From Octopus sinensis (Eukaryota), in the NCBI RefSeq assembly GCF_006345805.1, contig NC_043010.1, forward strand, positions 65,596,001-65,660,000: a stretch of DNA of 64,000 nt. The letters are read 5' to 3'. Position 1 is the stretch's first letter, and every line of letters begins with the position of its first letter. Below, in pieces: positions 14,301 through 25,319 of the stretch. The position numbers were made by a program, and so were the translations under genes. The notes under the pieces were generated by a model. That model was not told the DNA's origin, ran no database searches, and was given only the letters and a program-made list of their open reading frames with translations.

Positions 14301-16537
14301 CATTTGACTGCGGCCATGCTGGAGCACCGCCTTTAGTCGAGCAAATCAACCCCGGAACTTATTCTTTGTAAGCCCAGTACTTATTCTATCGTCTCTTTTT
14401 GCCGAACCGCTAAGTGACGGGGACGTAAACACACCAGCATCGGTTGTCAAGCAATGCTAGGGGGACAAACACACACACACACACACATATGTATATATAC
14501 ACATATACGACAGGCTTCTTTCAGTTTCCGTCTACCAAATCCACTCACAAGGCTTTGGTCGGCCCGAGGCTATAGCAGAAGACACTTGCCCAAGATGCCA
14601 CGCAGTGGGACTGAACCCGGAACCATGTGGTTGGTTAGCAAGCTACTTACCACACAGCCACTCCTGCGCCTTCATGTAGAACTTCCTTCAATGACTCGTA
14701 TAAAAGATAAAAATTAGATAAGATGGCATTGTATGTTAAAATGTAATTGGTAAATTTTACATTAAATGTAAATTTAATAAATAAATTTTACATATTTAAA
14801 TGACATTAACTTTATTTTTTTCTAGATTACCTCAGACTCACAGCAAACAGCACCTCAATTCTGTGTAAGTAACTCAACTATATATCATCATCATCGTTTA
14901 ATGTCTGTATTCTATGTTGACGTGTGTTGAACAGTTCAACAGGATCTGAGAAGTTAGGAAACTGCATCGAACCCCAGTGTCTGCTTTCACAGGGTTTCTA
15001 CAACTGGATGCCCTTTCTTAATACCAACCAATTTGCAGTGTGTACTGGGTGCTCTTTTCCTGCCACTGGCATTAATGAGGTTGCCTAGCAACTTGTAAGA
15101 CAAGCTCCCATGACAGAATGAGCATATATATCATCATCATCGTTTAACGTCCGTTCTCCATGCTAGCATGGGTTGGACGGTTCGACCGGGGATCTGGGAA
15201 GCCAGAAGGCTGCACGAGGCTCAGGTCTTATCTGGCAATGTTTCTACAGCTGGATGCCCTTCCTAACGCCAACCACTCCGTGAGTGTAGTGGGTGCTTTT
15301 TACATGCCACCTGCACTGGTGCCAGGCGAGGCTGGCATCGGCCACGGTCGGATTGGTGCATTTTACATGCCATCGGCACAGAAGCCAGTCGAGGCGGCAC
15401 TGGCTTCGGCCACGATTCGGATGGTGCTTTTTACGTGCTACCGACACGGAAGCTAGTCGAGGCGGCACTGGCATTGGCCACGATTCGGATAGTGCTTTTT
15501 ACTTATCTCCAGTCCAGGGGTCCTGGCAACTGCCGGGTGCCAGTCATAGGATTGGTTCAATTTCGATTCCGATTTTATGACTGGCACCCGGCAGATGCCA
15601 GGACCCCTGGACTGGAGATACGTAAAAAGCACTATGTATGTACATATATACGTACATACATACAAACAACAGGCTTCTTTTAGTTTCCCTTTAATCATAT
15701 TCACTCACAAGGCATTTGTTAGCCTGGGGCTGTAGTTGAAGACATTTGCCCAAAGTGCCAGACAGTGGGATTGAACCCACTTTCCACCTATCAAATGTCT
15801 TTCACAAGGCTTTGGTTGGTTTGAAACTACAATAGAAGATATGACACATTGGGATTGAACCCATACAGCCATGCCTGCTGCAACTGGAAGAAATCCTTTA
15901 ATATTTTAGCATTTAACCCTTTTAATCCTTTTTTATCCACATTGTTTTGAACTAATCAGGCATTATCTTGTAGCTATGAGATTTTGATGAGGTAGCTGTT
16001 AATTTTTAAGATGACATTGTAGGGTTGGTGTGAGAGACCAGATCTGGCCAGTTTGAACATAAAACAAGCAAAATACTTTTGGCCGGATGTGGCCGGTTTA
16101 AATGCTAAAGGGTTAAACTGACCGTGTCCAGCCCAAATACTCTCCCCGTTTTATGTTCAAACTGACAAGATCTGGTTTCTTACACCTACCCGACAATGTC
16201 ATTCAAAAACTAAACAATCATATCATTCAAATGTCAAAACTCTGATATAACTCATGATTAATTTGAAACAAGGTTAATGAATAAACGCTAAAGATGACAG
16301 CTGTCCCTTGGATTTTTTTTACTTACTCTTTTACTCTTTTACTTGTTTCAGTCATTTGACTGCGGCCATGCTGGAGCACCGCCTTTAGTCGAGTAACTTG
16401 GCCCCGGGACTTATTCTATTTGTAAGCCCAGTACTTATTCTATCGGTCTCTTTTTGCCGAACCGCTAAGTGACGGGGACGTAAACACACCAGCATCAGTT
16501 GTCAAGCAATGCTAGGGGAACAAACACAGACACACAA

Positions 16538-16568
<31 letters not shown>

Positions 16569-19500
16569 CATATATACGACAGGCTTCTTTCAGTTTCCGT
16601 CTACCAAATCCACTCACAAGGCATTGGTCGGCCCGGTGCTATAGCAGAAGACACTTGCCCAAGATGCCACTCAGTGGGACTGAACCCGGAACCATGTGGC
16701 TGGTTAGCAAGCTACTTACCACACAGCCACTCCTGCGCCTACTTGCTTTGATTATTTATTCTTTTTCTTGACTTTGACAGGCATTCACTGGGGAAGGAAA
16801 CCGACTCGATGGCAAGAAAAAAATATCCGACGGCCAGCCCGTTGCTGATCAGCCTGCCGCTCATAAACGGTACGTATGCTATCTGTGTCAGTAATTATGT
16901 ATTTTAGTTATGTCAGTAATTATTGAAGGGTCATTTAGTCTGTGTACAAGATTTTACAATGGTTGGTATAAAGGAGTGTGGAGGCGCAATGGCCCAGTGA
17001 TTAGGGCAGCGGACTCGCGGTCGTAGGATCGCGGTTTCGATTCCCAGACCGGGCATTGTGAGTGTTTATTGAGCGAAAACACCTGAAGCTTCACGAGGCT
17101 CCTGCAGGGCGGGGTGGGGGTGGGGGGGGAGTGAACCCTGCTGTACTCTTTCACCACAACTTTCTCTCACTCTTTCTTCCTGTTTCTGTTGTACCTGTAT
17201 TTCAAAGGGGCCAGCCTTGTCACACTCTGTGTCACGCTGAATCTCCTCGAGAACTACGTTAAGGGTACACGTGTCTGTGGAGTGCTCAGCCACTTGCACG
17301 TTAATTCCACGAGCAAGCTGTTCCGTTGATCGTATCAGCTGGGACCCTCATCGTCGTAACCGACGGAGTGCTCCTACTACTATAAAGGAGTTGTTTATGG
17401 AATGAACAATAAACCATACATCACTCAACAGGCGGCGAGCTGGCAGAAACGTTAGCACGCTGGGTTAAATGCTTAGCTGTATTTCGCCTGCCACTACGTT
17501 CTGAGTTCAAATTCCGGCGAGGTCGACTTTGCCTTTCATCCTTTCAGGGTCGATTAAATAAGTACCAGTTACGCACTGGGGTCGATATAATCGACTTAAT
17601 CCGTTTCTCTGTCCTTGTTTGTCCTTTCTTTGTTTACCCCCTTGTGGGCAATAAAGAAATAGGTATTTCATCTGTCTTTACATTTTGAGTTCAAATTCCA
17701 CCAAGGTCAACTTTGCTTTTCATCCTTTCAGGGTCGATAAACTAAGTACCAGTTGTATACTGGGGTCAATCCAATCAACTGGCCCCCTCCCCCAAAATTT
17801 CAGGCCTTGTGCCTAGAAAAGAAAAGATTTTATTCGTCTCTCTTTACATTCTTAGTTCAAATTCCGCCAGGACCAACTTTGCCTTTCATCCTTTCAAGGT
17901 TGATAAATTAAGTACCAGTTGCATACTGGGGTCGATCTAATCGACTGGTCCCCTTCCCCCAAAATTTCAGGGCCTTGTGCCTAGAGGAGAAAAGATTATA
18001 TTTGTCTGTCTTTATGTTCCACCGAGATCAACTAGAGTAGAAAAGACTATATCACTCGACAACCCTATCTGCATCTAAAGTAATAATTAAGTTAATCCGA
18101 ATCGTGGCCGATGCCAGCGCCGCCTCGACTGGCTTCCGTGTCAGTGGCACGTAAAAAGCACCATCCGAATCGTGGCCGAAGCCAGTGCCGCCTCGACTGG
18201 CTTCCGTGCAGGTGGCACGTAAAATGCACCAATCCGACCGTGGCCGATGCCAGCCTCGCCTGGCACCTGTGCAGGTGGCACGTAAAAAGCACCTACTACA
18301 CTCACGGTGTGGTTGGCGTTAGGAAGGGCATCCAGCTGTAGAAACATTGCCAGATAAGACCGGAGCCTGGTGCAGCCTTCTGGCTTCCCAGATCCCCGGT
18401 CGAACCGTCCAACCCATGCTAGCATGGAGAACGGACGTTAAACGACGAATGTTAATCTATTAAATATAGAAAGTATTAAAAACTTAATGAGAAATAATTA
18501 AGTGGCAAGTGAGCGGGGAAGAATAATTTTTCAATGAAGGTAGCAAGCTGACAGAATCATTTGTACACTGGACGAAATGCTTAGCGGTATTTCGTCTGCC
18601 GTTACATTCTAAGTTCAAATTCCGCCAAGGTCGATTTTGCCTTTCATCATTTTGGGGTCGATTAAATAAGTACCAGTTACACATTGGGGTCAATGTAATC
18701 GACTTAATCCCTTTGTTTGTCCTTGTTTTGTCCCCTCTATGTTTAGTCCCCTGTGGGCAATAAAGAAATAAATAATTTTTCACTGACATAGTTTTTCACT
18801 TTTTTTACTTGTTTCACTCATTTGACTGTGGCCATGCTGGGGTAACTCCTTAAAGAGTTTTACTTGAATAAATCAACCCCTGGACTTATTTTTTTAAAGC
18901 TTAGTATTCTGTCAGTCTCTTTTACTGAACTGCTAAGTTATGGGGGTGTAAACACACCAACACCAGTTGTCAAGCAGTGGGTGGGGAACAGACACACACA
19001 CACACATATATTTATATATAACGGGCTTCTTTCAGTTTCCATCTACCAAATCCACTCACAATGCTTTGGTCAGTTTGTAGCTATAGTAGAAAACATTTGC
19101 TCAAGGTGCCACGCAGTGGGACTGAACCCGGAACCATGTGGCTGGTAAGCAAACTACTTACTATGCAGCCACTCCTGCGCCTGGGTTAGTGAAATAAATA
19201 CCAGTCAACTGCTAGGGTCAATATAATCTATATATAGACTTGAGTGGTCAACTTTATCTATTGTCCTGTTGTGATAAAGCCACACTCTAACCTTAGGGTG
19301 TCTTTGGCCAACTACATTCTGTTACAAGCATTTAAACCATGTGTCCATTTTGAGGGATAATTTCAACCCTTACCACTCTTGTCAGAGGTTCCAAAAAGGG
19401 TTGTGATCACTGTCCTATGGCCTTTGACTGAACTGTTAAAAAAAAATTAAACCCTGCCCTTGGCATATAGAAAGCACCATTTGAGCATGGTCGATACCAG

Positions 19501-21479
19501 TCCCACTGGGCTGGCTCCCATGCTGGTGACATGTAAAATTCACCATATGAATGTGGTTGATGTCAGTGTCGCCTGACTGGTCACGTGCCAGTGGCATGTA
19601 AAAAGCACCATTTGAGCGTATTTGTTGCCAGTTCCACCTGACTGGCTCCCATGTTGGTGGCCTGTAAAAAGCACCAATCGAGCATGGTCAATGCCAGTAC
19701 CACCTGACTGGCCCTCATGCTAGTAGAAGGAAAAAAGCACCCATTACACACTCGAAGTGGTTGGCGTTAGGAAGAGCATCCAGCTGTAGAAAACTTGCCA
19801 GATCAGACTGGAGCCTGGTGCAGCCTTCTGGTTTGTCAGTTCTCAGTCAAACCATCCAATCCATGCCAGCATCGAAAGCAAACATTAAACGATGATGATG
19901 TGTTACATTTTATAAATTTGTCTATATTTCTAGCATCTACCTATCTAACTCTATTTATCTATCTCTTTGTCTGTCTATCTATTTATATATCTGTCTGTTT
20001 ATCTCTATCTATCTATCTGTCTATCTCTCTATATAAATATATATATATATATATCTCGTGACCGACCAGACCATCAGATGTTGCTACACATCGCTGGTCA
20101 CAATGCGTTTGCATTGTTTTAGCCTTCGAATGACGCCACCCCGCTGGCTAAGCGAGAAGAAAGGGTGAGAGAAAGTTGTGGTGAAAGAGTACAGCAGGGA
20201 TCACCACCCCCTGCCGGAGCGTCGTGGAGCTTTTTAGGTGTTTTTGCTCAATAAACACTCACAACGCCCGGTCTGGGAATCGAAACCGCGATCCTCCGAC
20301 CGCGAGTCTGCTGCCCTAACCACTAGGCCATTGCCCCTCCACATATATATATCTATTATCAATTTGTCTATAATTTATATGTCTTTCTATCTCTTTGCCT
20401 ATCTATCCATTCCAGTGGTGTTCCTAATTACGATTACAAAACAGGGAGTATTACATTCATCAGAACTGTTCGTCCATCAAGTGAAAATGATGTAAGTATT
20501 AACACTGTTTTTATAATTACATAAAATATATCATCATTATTATTATTTTCCCTTGCCGAATTACCTGCTCTTGTCATACACACACACACACACACACATA
20601 CCATCGTGGTCATCGTCATCATTTCCCGCCATCTCTGCCTACTGCAGAATGTGTTCCAACATGAGATAGTGGCCTTCATAGTGTTCAACCCTTGGCACCA
20701 GTGCAGCGCTGTTGATGTGCCCTCCTGGTCACCTGTAAACAATAACTCTGAGCACCTTTTCAAACTCCGCCCATCTAACACCCGTGGACATATTTACAAA
20801 GTCAGAAAACAGCACAGCTCCCATGACTTCAGGAAACATTTTTTTCACGCTGAGAGTTGCTGAAGCATGGAACAAACTGCTGGCATCAGTTGTTAGTTGT
20901 CGGAGCACTGCATCCTTCAAAACTTCCATGCTTTCTGAGATTCACCAACACTACACTTGATTTTCTCCCCTCCATACACACGCAAGCATGTATCTGACTC
21001 ATGCATTGTTCGCTTTCCAGACATTTTTACATTACTGCATATACTCTATATGCACTTTCTGAGAAGTTGTGGTGCACCTGAGCACTGTATACAATAATTT
21101 CATTATTATTATTATTATTATTAAAAGGTCCAGAGGTGGGTCCCCTCTGATCTGAATCTCTGTTATTAGACATACCTCATGTTAGTTTTATCAGCCATAT
21201 TTTTCCATGCTGGCTTATGGACATGTTGGATGAGGGTATTTGATTTTGTTGCATTCATTTTCCTTGATTGATTACTTTCACTGCAACTAAGGAGCCATCC
21301 AACCCATGCCAGCATGGAAAAACGAACACTAAATGTTAAATTTTGATGTTGTTGATGTATATAAATATGCATATATGTATTTTTTATTTATATTTTGTTT
21401 TTGTTTTTGTTTTTTGTAGCAGGTTATGAAGTTTAAATTTGAAGCTTTCTCAGGAACTGGTGAAGTCCTTACGAAGTAA
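789..21479 (+). CDS. UFD1: Ubiquitin recognition factor in ER-associated degradation 1 (UFD1), spliced; 5' ATG exon upstream of window
   Basis: Join 789-903,4537-4569,6000-6121,6681-6811,8680-8752,11426-11494,12714-12800,14826-14864,16781-16869,20416-20491,21423(or 21420)-21479 gives one open frame of 891 nt: [62 protein letters not shown]...[13 protein letters not shown]...[28 protein letters not shown]...[16 protein letters not shown]...[12 protein letters not shown]...[16 protein letters not shown]...[11 protein letters not shown]. All junctions are GT-AG with consistent phases, and the motifs match the UFD1 family. Confidence 0.97.
1731..2690 (-). mobile_element. 5'-truncated RTE-clade LINE: ORF2 C-terminus, ~565-nt 3' UTR and (GAT)n tail
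   Basis: HGSETWAV...[21 protein letters not shown]...GRGRP/KTWDEVVK...RQDK* (stop at 2297-2299, one frameshift). About 20 shorter 3'-end copies occur, e.g. 95-290, 4096-4497, 11964-12200, 15129-15490, 18095-18447, 19480-19900, 33213-33450, 36905-37178, 40400-40742, 45497-45896, 63010-63377. Confidence 0.85.
4537..4569 (+). CDS. UFD1: UFD1 coding exon (33 nt)
   Basis: tttcag|TTATTATGCCA...TTGA|gtaagt; [11 protein letters not shown]. Confidence 0.93.
   Translation, partial: LLCQHQLLTN
4718..4936. mobile_element. Tc1-type MITE
   Basis: ~30-bp TIRs caaggtggccccaaagtaggtttacagttat / ataactgtaaacctactttggggtcacctt; preceded by TA. Confidence 0.8.
6000..6121 (+). CDS. UFD1: UFD1 coding exon (122 nt)
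   Basis: ttttag|CC...TGG|gtaagc; YPMLFKLSN...[20 protein letters not shown]. Confidence 0.95.
6681..6811 (+). CDS. UFD1: UFD1 coding exon (131 nt)
   Basis: tatag|ATGATG...GCTGT|gtatcctttt; [10 protein letters not shown]...[10 protein letters not shown]. Confidence 0.95.
6812..8679 (+). other. U12-type (minor spliceosome) GT-AG intron of UFD1
   Basis: 5' splice site GTATCCTTTT; branch-like TCCTTAAT at 8661-8668, about 12 nt upstream of the AG; no polypyrimidine tract. Confidence 0.9.
7560..7880 (-). mobile_element. Degenerate CR1/L2-group LINE ORF2 fragment
   Basis: ..[15 protein letters not shown]....[12 protein letters not shown]. Confidence 0.65.
8680..8752 (+). CDS. UFD1: UFD1 coding exon (73 nt)
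   Basis: gtgaag|GTTAGAG...AAG|gtaagt; [24 protein letters not shown]. Confidence 0.95.
10185..10490 (+). mobile_element. tRNA-derived SINE type C with a 14-bp TSD
   Basis: A box tggcccagtgg, B box ggtttcgattcc; TSD acattggaataaat at 10170-10183 and 10491-10504. Confidence 0.88.
11426..11494 (+). CDS. UFD1: UFD1 coding exon (69 nt)
   Basis: cacag|ATA...AAT|gtaagt; [23 protein letters not shown]. Confidence 0.95.
12714..12800 (+). CDS. UFD1: UFD1 coding exon (87 nt)
   Basis: ctccag|GTT...GAG|gtaact; [29 protein letters not shown]. Confidence 0.92.
13388..13906 (-). mobile_element. CR1-like LINE 3' end with (ATT)n tail
   Basis: [17 protein letters not shown]...[10 protein letters not shown]...[17 protein letters not shown]; other copies at 20730-21123 (+), 30036-30480 (-), 48600-49075 (+), tail only 4040-4092 (+). 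Confidence 0.85.
14265..14680 (-). mobile_element. tRNA-derived SINE type B (CORE-like, bipartite with an internal microsatellite)
   Basis: Head gcaggagtggctgtgtggtaag...ggttcagtcccac; CORE-like accttgggcaagtgtctt; other copies at 16322-16740, 18790-19185, 34095-34440, 37970-38378, 57535-57910, 59335-59720. Confidence 0.8.
14826..14864 (+). CDS. UFD1: UFD1 coding exon (39 nt)
   Basis: tttctag|ATT...TGT|gtaagt; [13 protein letters not shown]; poorly conserved linker, supported by splice sites and phase. Confidence 0.8.
15489..15635. repeat. Inverted repeat, 60-bp arms (2 mismatches), 27-nt loop
   Basis: 15489-15548 versus 15576-15635. Confidence 0.93.
16781..16869 (+). CDS. UFD1: UFD1 coding exon (89 nt), first SHP box
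   Basis: gacag|GCA...CG|gtacgt; [14 protein letters not shown] (FxGxGxxL). Confidence 0.95.
16978..17380 (+). mobile_element. tRNA-derived SINE type C (alternative tail) with an 11-bp TSD
   Basis: TSD tataaaggagt at 16967-16977 and 17381-17391; other type C copies at 2888-3260, 5340-5640, 20055-20340 (-), 26530-26830. Confidence 0.88.
17431..18047 (+). mobile_element. tRNA-derived SINE (type A, MetaSINE-like central motif) concatemer
   Basis: Pol III B-box-like gagttcaaattcc; central gactttgcctttcatcctttcggggtcgat; other copies at 470-695 (-), 12410-12545 (-), 18540-18772 (+), 25010-25210 (-). Confidence 0.8.
20416..20491 (+). CDS. UFD1: UFD1 coding exon (76 nt)
   Basis: tccag|TGGT...GAT|gtaagt; [16 protein letters not shown]. 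Confidence 0.93.
20730..21123 (+). mobile_element. CR1-like LINE 3' end
   Basis: [23 protein letters not shown]; same 3' UTR and (ATT)n tail. Confidence 0.85.
21423..21479 (+). CDS. UFD1: UFD1 terminal coding exon, second SHP-like box; NAGNAG acceptor (alternative start 21420)
   Basis: ttgtagcag|GTTATG...AAGTAA; [18 protein letters not shown]. Confidence 0.88.
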   Translation, partial: VMKFKFEAFSGTGEVLTK

Positions 21480-21551
21480 AGAATTATTTATTATTTCCAT
21501 TGTTTTTTTTTTTTCACACTTCAAAATCTATGACTGCAACTTAACTAGTTG

Positions 21552-21557
21552 AATAAA
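21552..21557 (+). terminator. Putative UFD1 polyadenylation signal AATAAA
   Basis: AATAAA 73 nt after the stop, followed by a GT/T-rich stretch (ttctggtgttgtttctgttctgttg). Confidence 0.6.
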
Positions 21558-21841
21558 CTCTCATTAAATTTTGATTCTGGTGTTGTTTCTGTTCTGTTGT
21601 AAAAGAGACAAACTGTGGTACCACCTTAGACGTACCTTACGAAATGAAACTGGCTTAATTCACAAGGAATTCATGGAATTAGGGTTAGACTGTGCACTCA
21701 AAATCAGTGATTATTAACCTATGTAATAGTACCCACTTAAGGACATTGTGAGCACACAAAAGTGCAAGTGTTCTGAGAGCCCTATGGTGGTGGAGCAGTG
21801 GGTGTTTAGAAGGGGCTGTAAATTTTCTTATAATTAAATAT

Positions 21842-23080
21842 TTAACCCTTTCGTTCCCAACCCAGCTGAAACCAGCTCTGGCTGTGTGGCACAAACGTCT
21901 TGTTTTCATAAGTTTTGAATTAAAATCTTCCACCAAACCTTAGTCACAATTTATGTTCCTAACACTAGCTGAATGATAACTAAGTTATTTTACTAAATTC
22001 TTTGTTATATTTAAAGTAATTGAAAGAAACTCAGAGCACCTCAAAATAAATACAGTTAAGAAAAGGTTAAAATATATAATAGAGAAACAATTCTTAACCC
22101 TTTTGATAGCAATCCAGCTGAAACCGGCTCTGGCTCTGTAATACAAATGTCTTGTTTTCATAAGTTTTGAATTAAAATCTTCCACCAAACCTTAGTCACA
22201 ATTTATGTTCCAAACACTAGCTGAATGATAACTAAGTTATTTTACTAAATTCTTTGTTATATTTAAAGTAATTGAAAGAAACTCAGAGCACCTCAAAATA
22301 AATACAGTTAAGAAAAGGTTAAAATATATAATAGAGAAACAATTCTTAACCCTTTTGATAGCAATCCAGCTGAAACCGGCTCTGGCTCTGTAATACAAAT
22401 GTCTTGTTTTCATAAGTTTTGAATTAAAATCTTCCACCAAACCTTAGTCACAAGTTATGTTCCAAACACTAGCTGAATGATAACTAAGTTATTTTACTAA
22501 ATTCTTTGTTATATTTAAAGTAATTGAAAGAAACTCAGAGCACCTCAAAATAAATACAGTTAAGAAAAGGTTAAAATATATAATAGAGAAACAATTCTTA
22601 ACCTTTTTGTTACCAACCCAGCTGAGACTGGCTCTGGATCTGTAATACAAATGTCTTGTTTTCATAAGTTTTGAATTAAAATCTTCCACCAAACCTTAGT
22701 CACAATTTATGTTCCTAACACTAGCTGAATGATAACTAAGTTATTTTACTAAATTCTTTGTTATATTTAAAATTAATTGAAAGAAACACAGAGCATCTCA
22801 ACAGAAATATGGTAACGAAAGGGTTAAAATATATAATAGAGAAACAATTCTTAACCCTTTTGATACCAACCTGGCTGAAACTGCCTCTGGCTCTGTAGTA
22901 CAAATGTCTTGTCTTCATAAGTTTTGAATTAAAATCTTCCACCAAACCTTAGTCACAATTTATGTTCCTAACACTAGCTTAATGATAACTAAGTTATTTT
23001 ACTAAATTCTTTGTTATATTTAAAATTAATTGAAAGAAACACAGAGCATCTCAAAATAAATACAGTAACGAAAGTGTTAA
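21842..23080. mobile_element. Tandem array of five TTAA-CCCT (piggyBac-type) MITE units, 252-bp period, 23-nt spacer
   Basis: Units start at 21842, 22094, 22346, 22598, 22851; TIR ttaaccctttcgttac/gtaacgaaagggttaa; spacer aatatataatagagaaacaattc. Confidence 0.88.
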
Positions 23081-23394
23081 AACGGTTACATTATTTGTAT
23101 TTCAAACGCATTTTCCCCCAAAAAATCTTTTGTTGGGGTTAGCATATGAATAGGAAGGACATTGTATTCTCAGAGGGCAACAATATGATTGATGATGCAC
23201 CAAAGGCAAATAAAAATATCTTTCAACAGGCAGTGGTGTGACTGTGTGGAATCTTACAGCCAAACCACATGATTCCAGGTTCAGTTCCAGTGCATGGCAC
23301 CTTGGGCAAGTGCTTTCTACTATTGCCACAGGCTGACCAAAGCCTTGTGAGTGGATTTGGTGGACAGAAACTGAAAGAAGCTCATTGTGTGTGA

Positions 23395-23429
<35 letters not shown>

Positions 23430-23728
23430 CTCTCTGGGGTGGTTGGTAATAGGAAAGGCATCCAGCTGTAAAAAAACCTTGCCAAAACTGACCCCTGACA
23501 CTTGGTGCAATCTTCTGCCTAGCCAGCTTCTGTCAAACTGTTCCATCCATACCAGCATGGAAAGGATAGGGGTTGTAAATTTTTTTTGCAATAGCTGAGT
23601 TTGAGCAAGTAAATGCCCTTGACTGATCTAAGATTTTAGGCCTCAGGTATTTTCAGTTTCCATAATTTTTTATTTTCACTCCACCCTAACACACGTATAT
23701 GTGTGTGGGTATATAGATTGTGTAACCT

Positions 23729-24025
23729 GGGGTGGAGTGAAAATAAAAAAATTGCAGAAATTGAAAATGCCTGAGGCCTAAATTCTTGTTATATATCATT
23801 ACTAGAAAAATGCTAAATTTTCACTTCGCTCAGTCAAGGACATTTACTCCCTCAAACCCCACAAACTCTGCCATTGTAAAAAATTTACAAAAATCCCCCA
23901 TTTTTGGAGTTAATGCTCTTGATTGATCTCAGCGAAAATTTAGCATTTTTCTAGCAATCAAATATAACAACATTTTTGTCCTCAGGCATGTTCAATTTCC
24001 ACAATTTTTTATTTTCACTCCACCC
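23729..24025. mobile_element. Unclassified long-TIR MITE
   Basis: ~95-bp imperfect TIRs ggggtggagtgaaaataaaaaaattg.../...caattttttattttcactccaccc; additional right-end copies at 23570-23686 and 24654-24719. Confidence 0.7.
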
Positions 24026-25319
24026 TACTCTAGGGTATATATATGTGTGTTTGTGTTTGTCCCCCTAGCATTGCTTGACAACCAATGCTGGTGTGTTTAT
24101 GTCCCCGTCACTTAGCGGTTCGGCAAAAGAGACCGATAGAATAAGTACTGGGCTTACAAAGAATAAGTCTCGGGGTCGAGTTGCTCGATTAAAGGCGGTG
24201 CTCCAGCATGGCCGCAGTCAAATGACTGAAACAAATAAAAGAGCAAAGAGAGTAAATTGGTGATGACATTGCTGACACTGGGCTTCTACATAGTTTCCAT
24301 CTCCCAAATTCACTTACATGGCATTGGTCAGATGTGATATCTATTTACACAACTCCATTCTAAAAACTCCCACTTTTTGACCTGGGAAATTCCTATTCTG
24401 ACAAAGTAAATAATTTCAATCCTAAGAAGTCCTGGAAATAAAGAAACACCATTTTATGAACTCCAGGTAAATAAAAGGCAAGTATTGACCAAGGTGAGAT
24501 TTGAACTGAAAACATAAAAAGACATATTTGAGTACAGCACCATTTTCCGTCTGATGTTCTATCAAATCTACTTTCTTCAACCATTAATGTTATGTTGGTG
24601 TGAAGCTTACACATTTGAAGGGACAGTGGAATGGGACCGTGCTCAAATATGAGCAACATTTTTGTCCTCAGGCATGTTCAATTTCCACAATTTTTTATTT
24701 TCACTCCACCCTACTCTAGAGGTTCTCTCTTTGGCATAAAATGAGTACAATGTTTTGTACAATGCCCTTTATGAGAGAAGGAAAAGGTCACCCAGAATAT
24801 AATTACTCACATCAGGCTTTACTGTCTTGCTTTGCTTTTCCCCTTTCAAACTGAATATTTTTTTGTAACACAACACACTATACATGTAATCACAATTACA
24901 GTTCATGTGTTTATTTGCTACATCACATGTGGTGAACAGTGGCATTGTTGGATAAATGCTTCCATTGAACAATCACTGGTTCACTACATTTATGACGATG
25001 ATGATGATGATGATCCTTTCTACTAAAGGCACAAGGCCTGAAATGTTGGGGGAGGTGACTAGTCAATTACATCAACACCAATGTTTCATGGCTACTTAAT
25101 TTATCGACCCTGAAAGGATGAAAGGCAAAGTTGACCTCAGAATGTAGTAATGACCAACATACTGCTAAGCATTTCGCCCGGCATGCTAACAATGCTGCCA
25201 GCTCGCCCCTTTAATGATGATGATAATAATAATAATAATAATGATTTCATCTATTTGCTGCCTGGGCGAAGGATGGGATGGGGGACAATACAAAACAGAC
25301 ATAAAGTGTGGGAGTTGAT

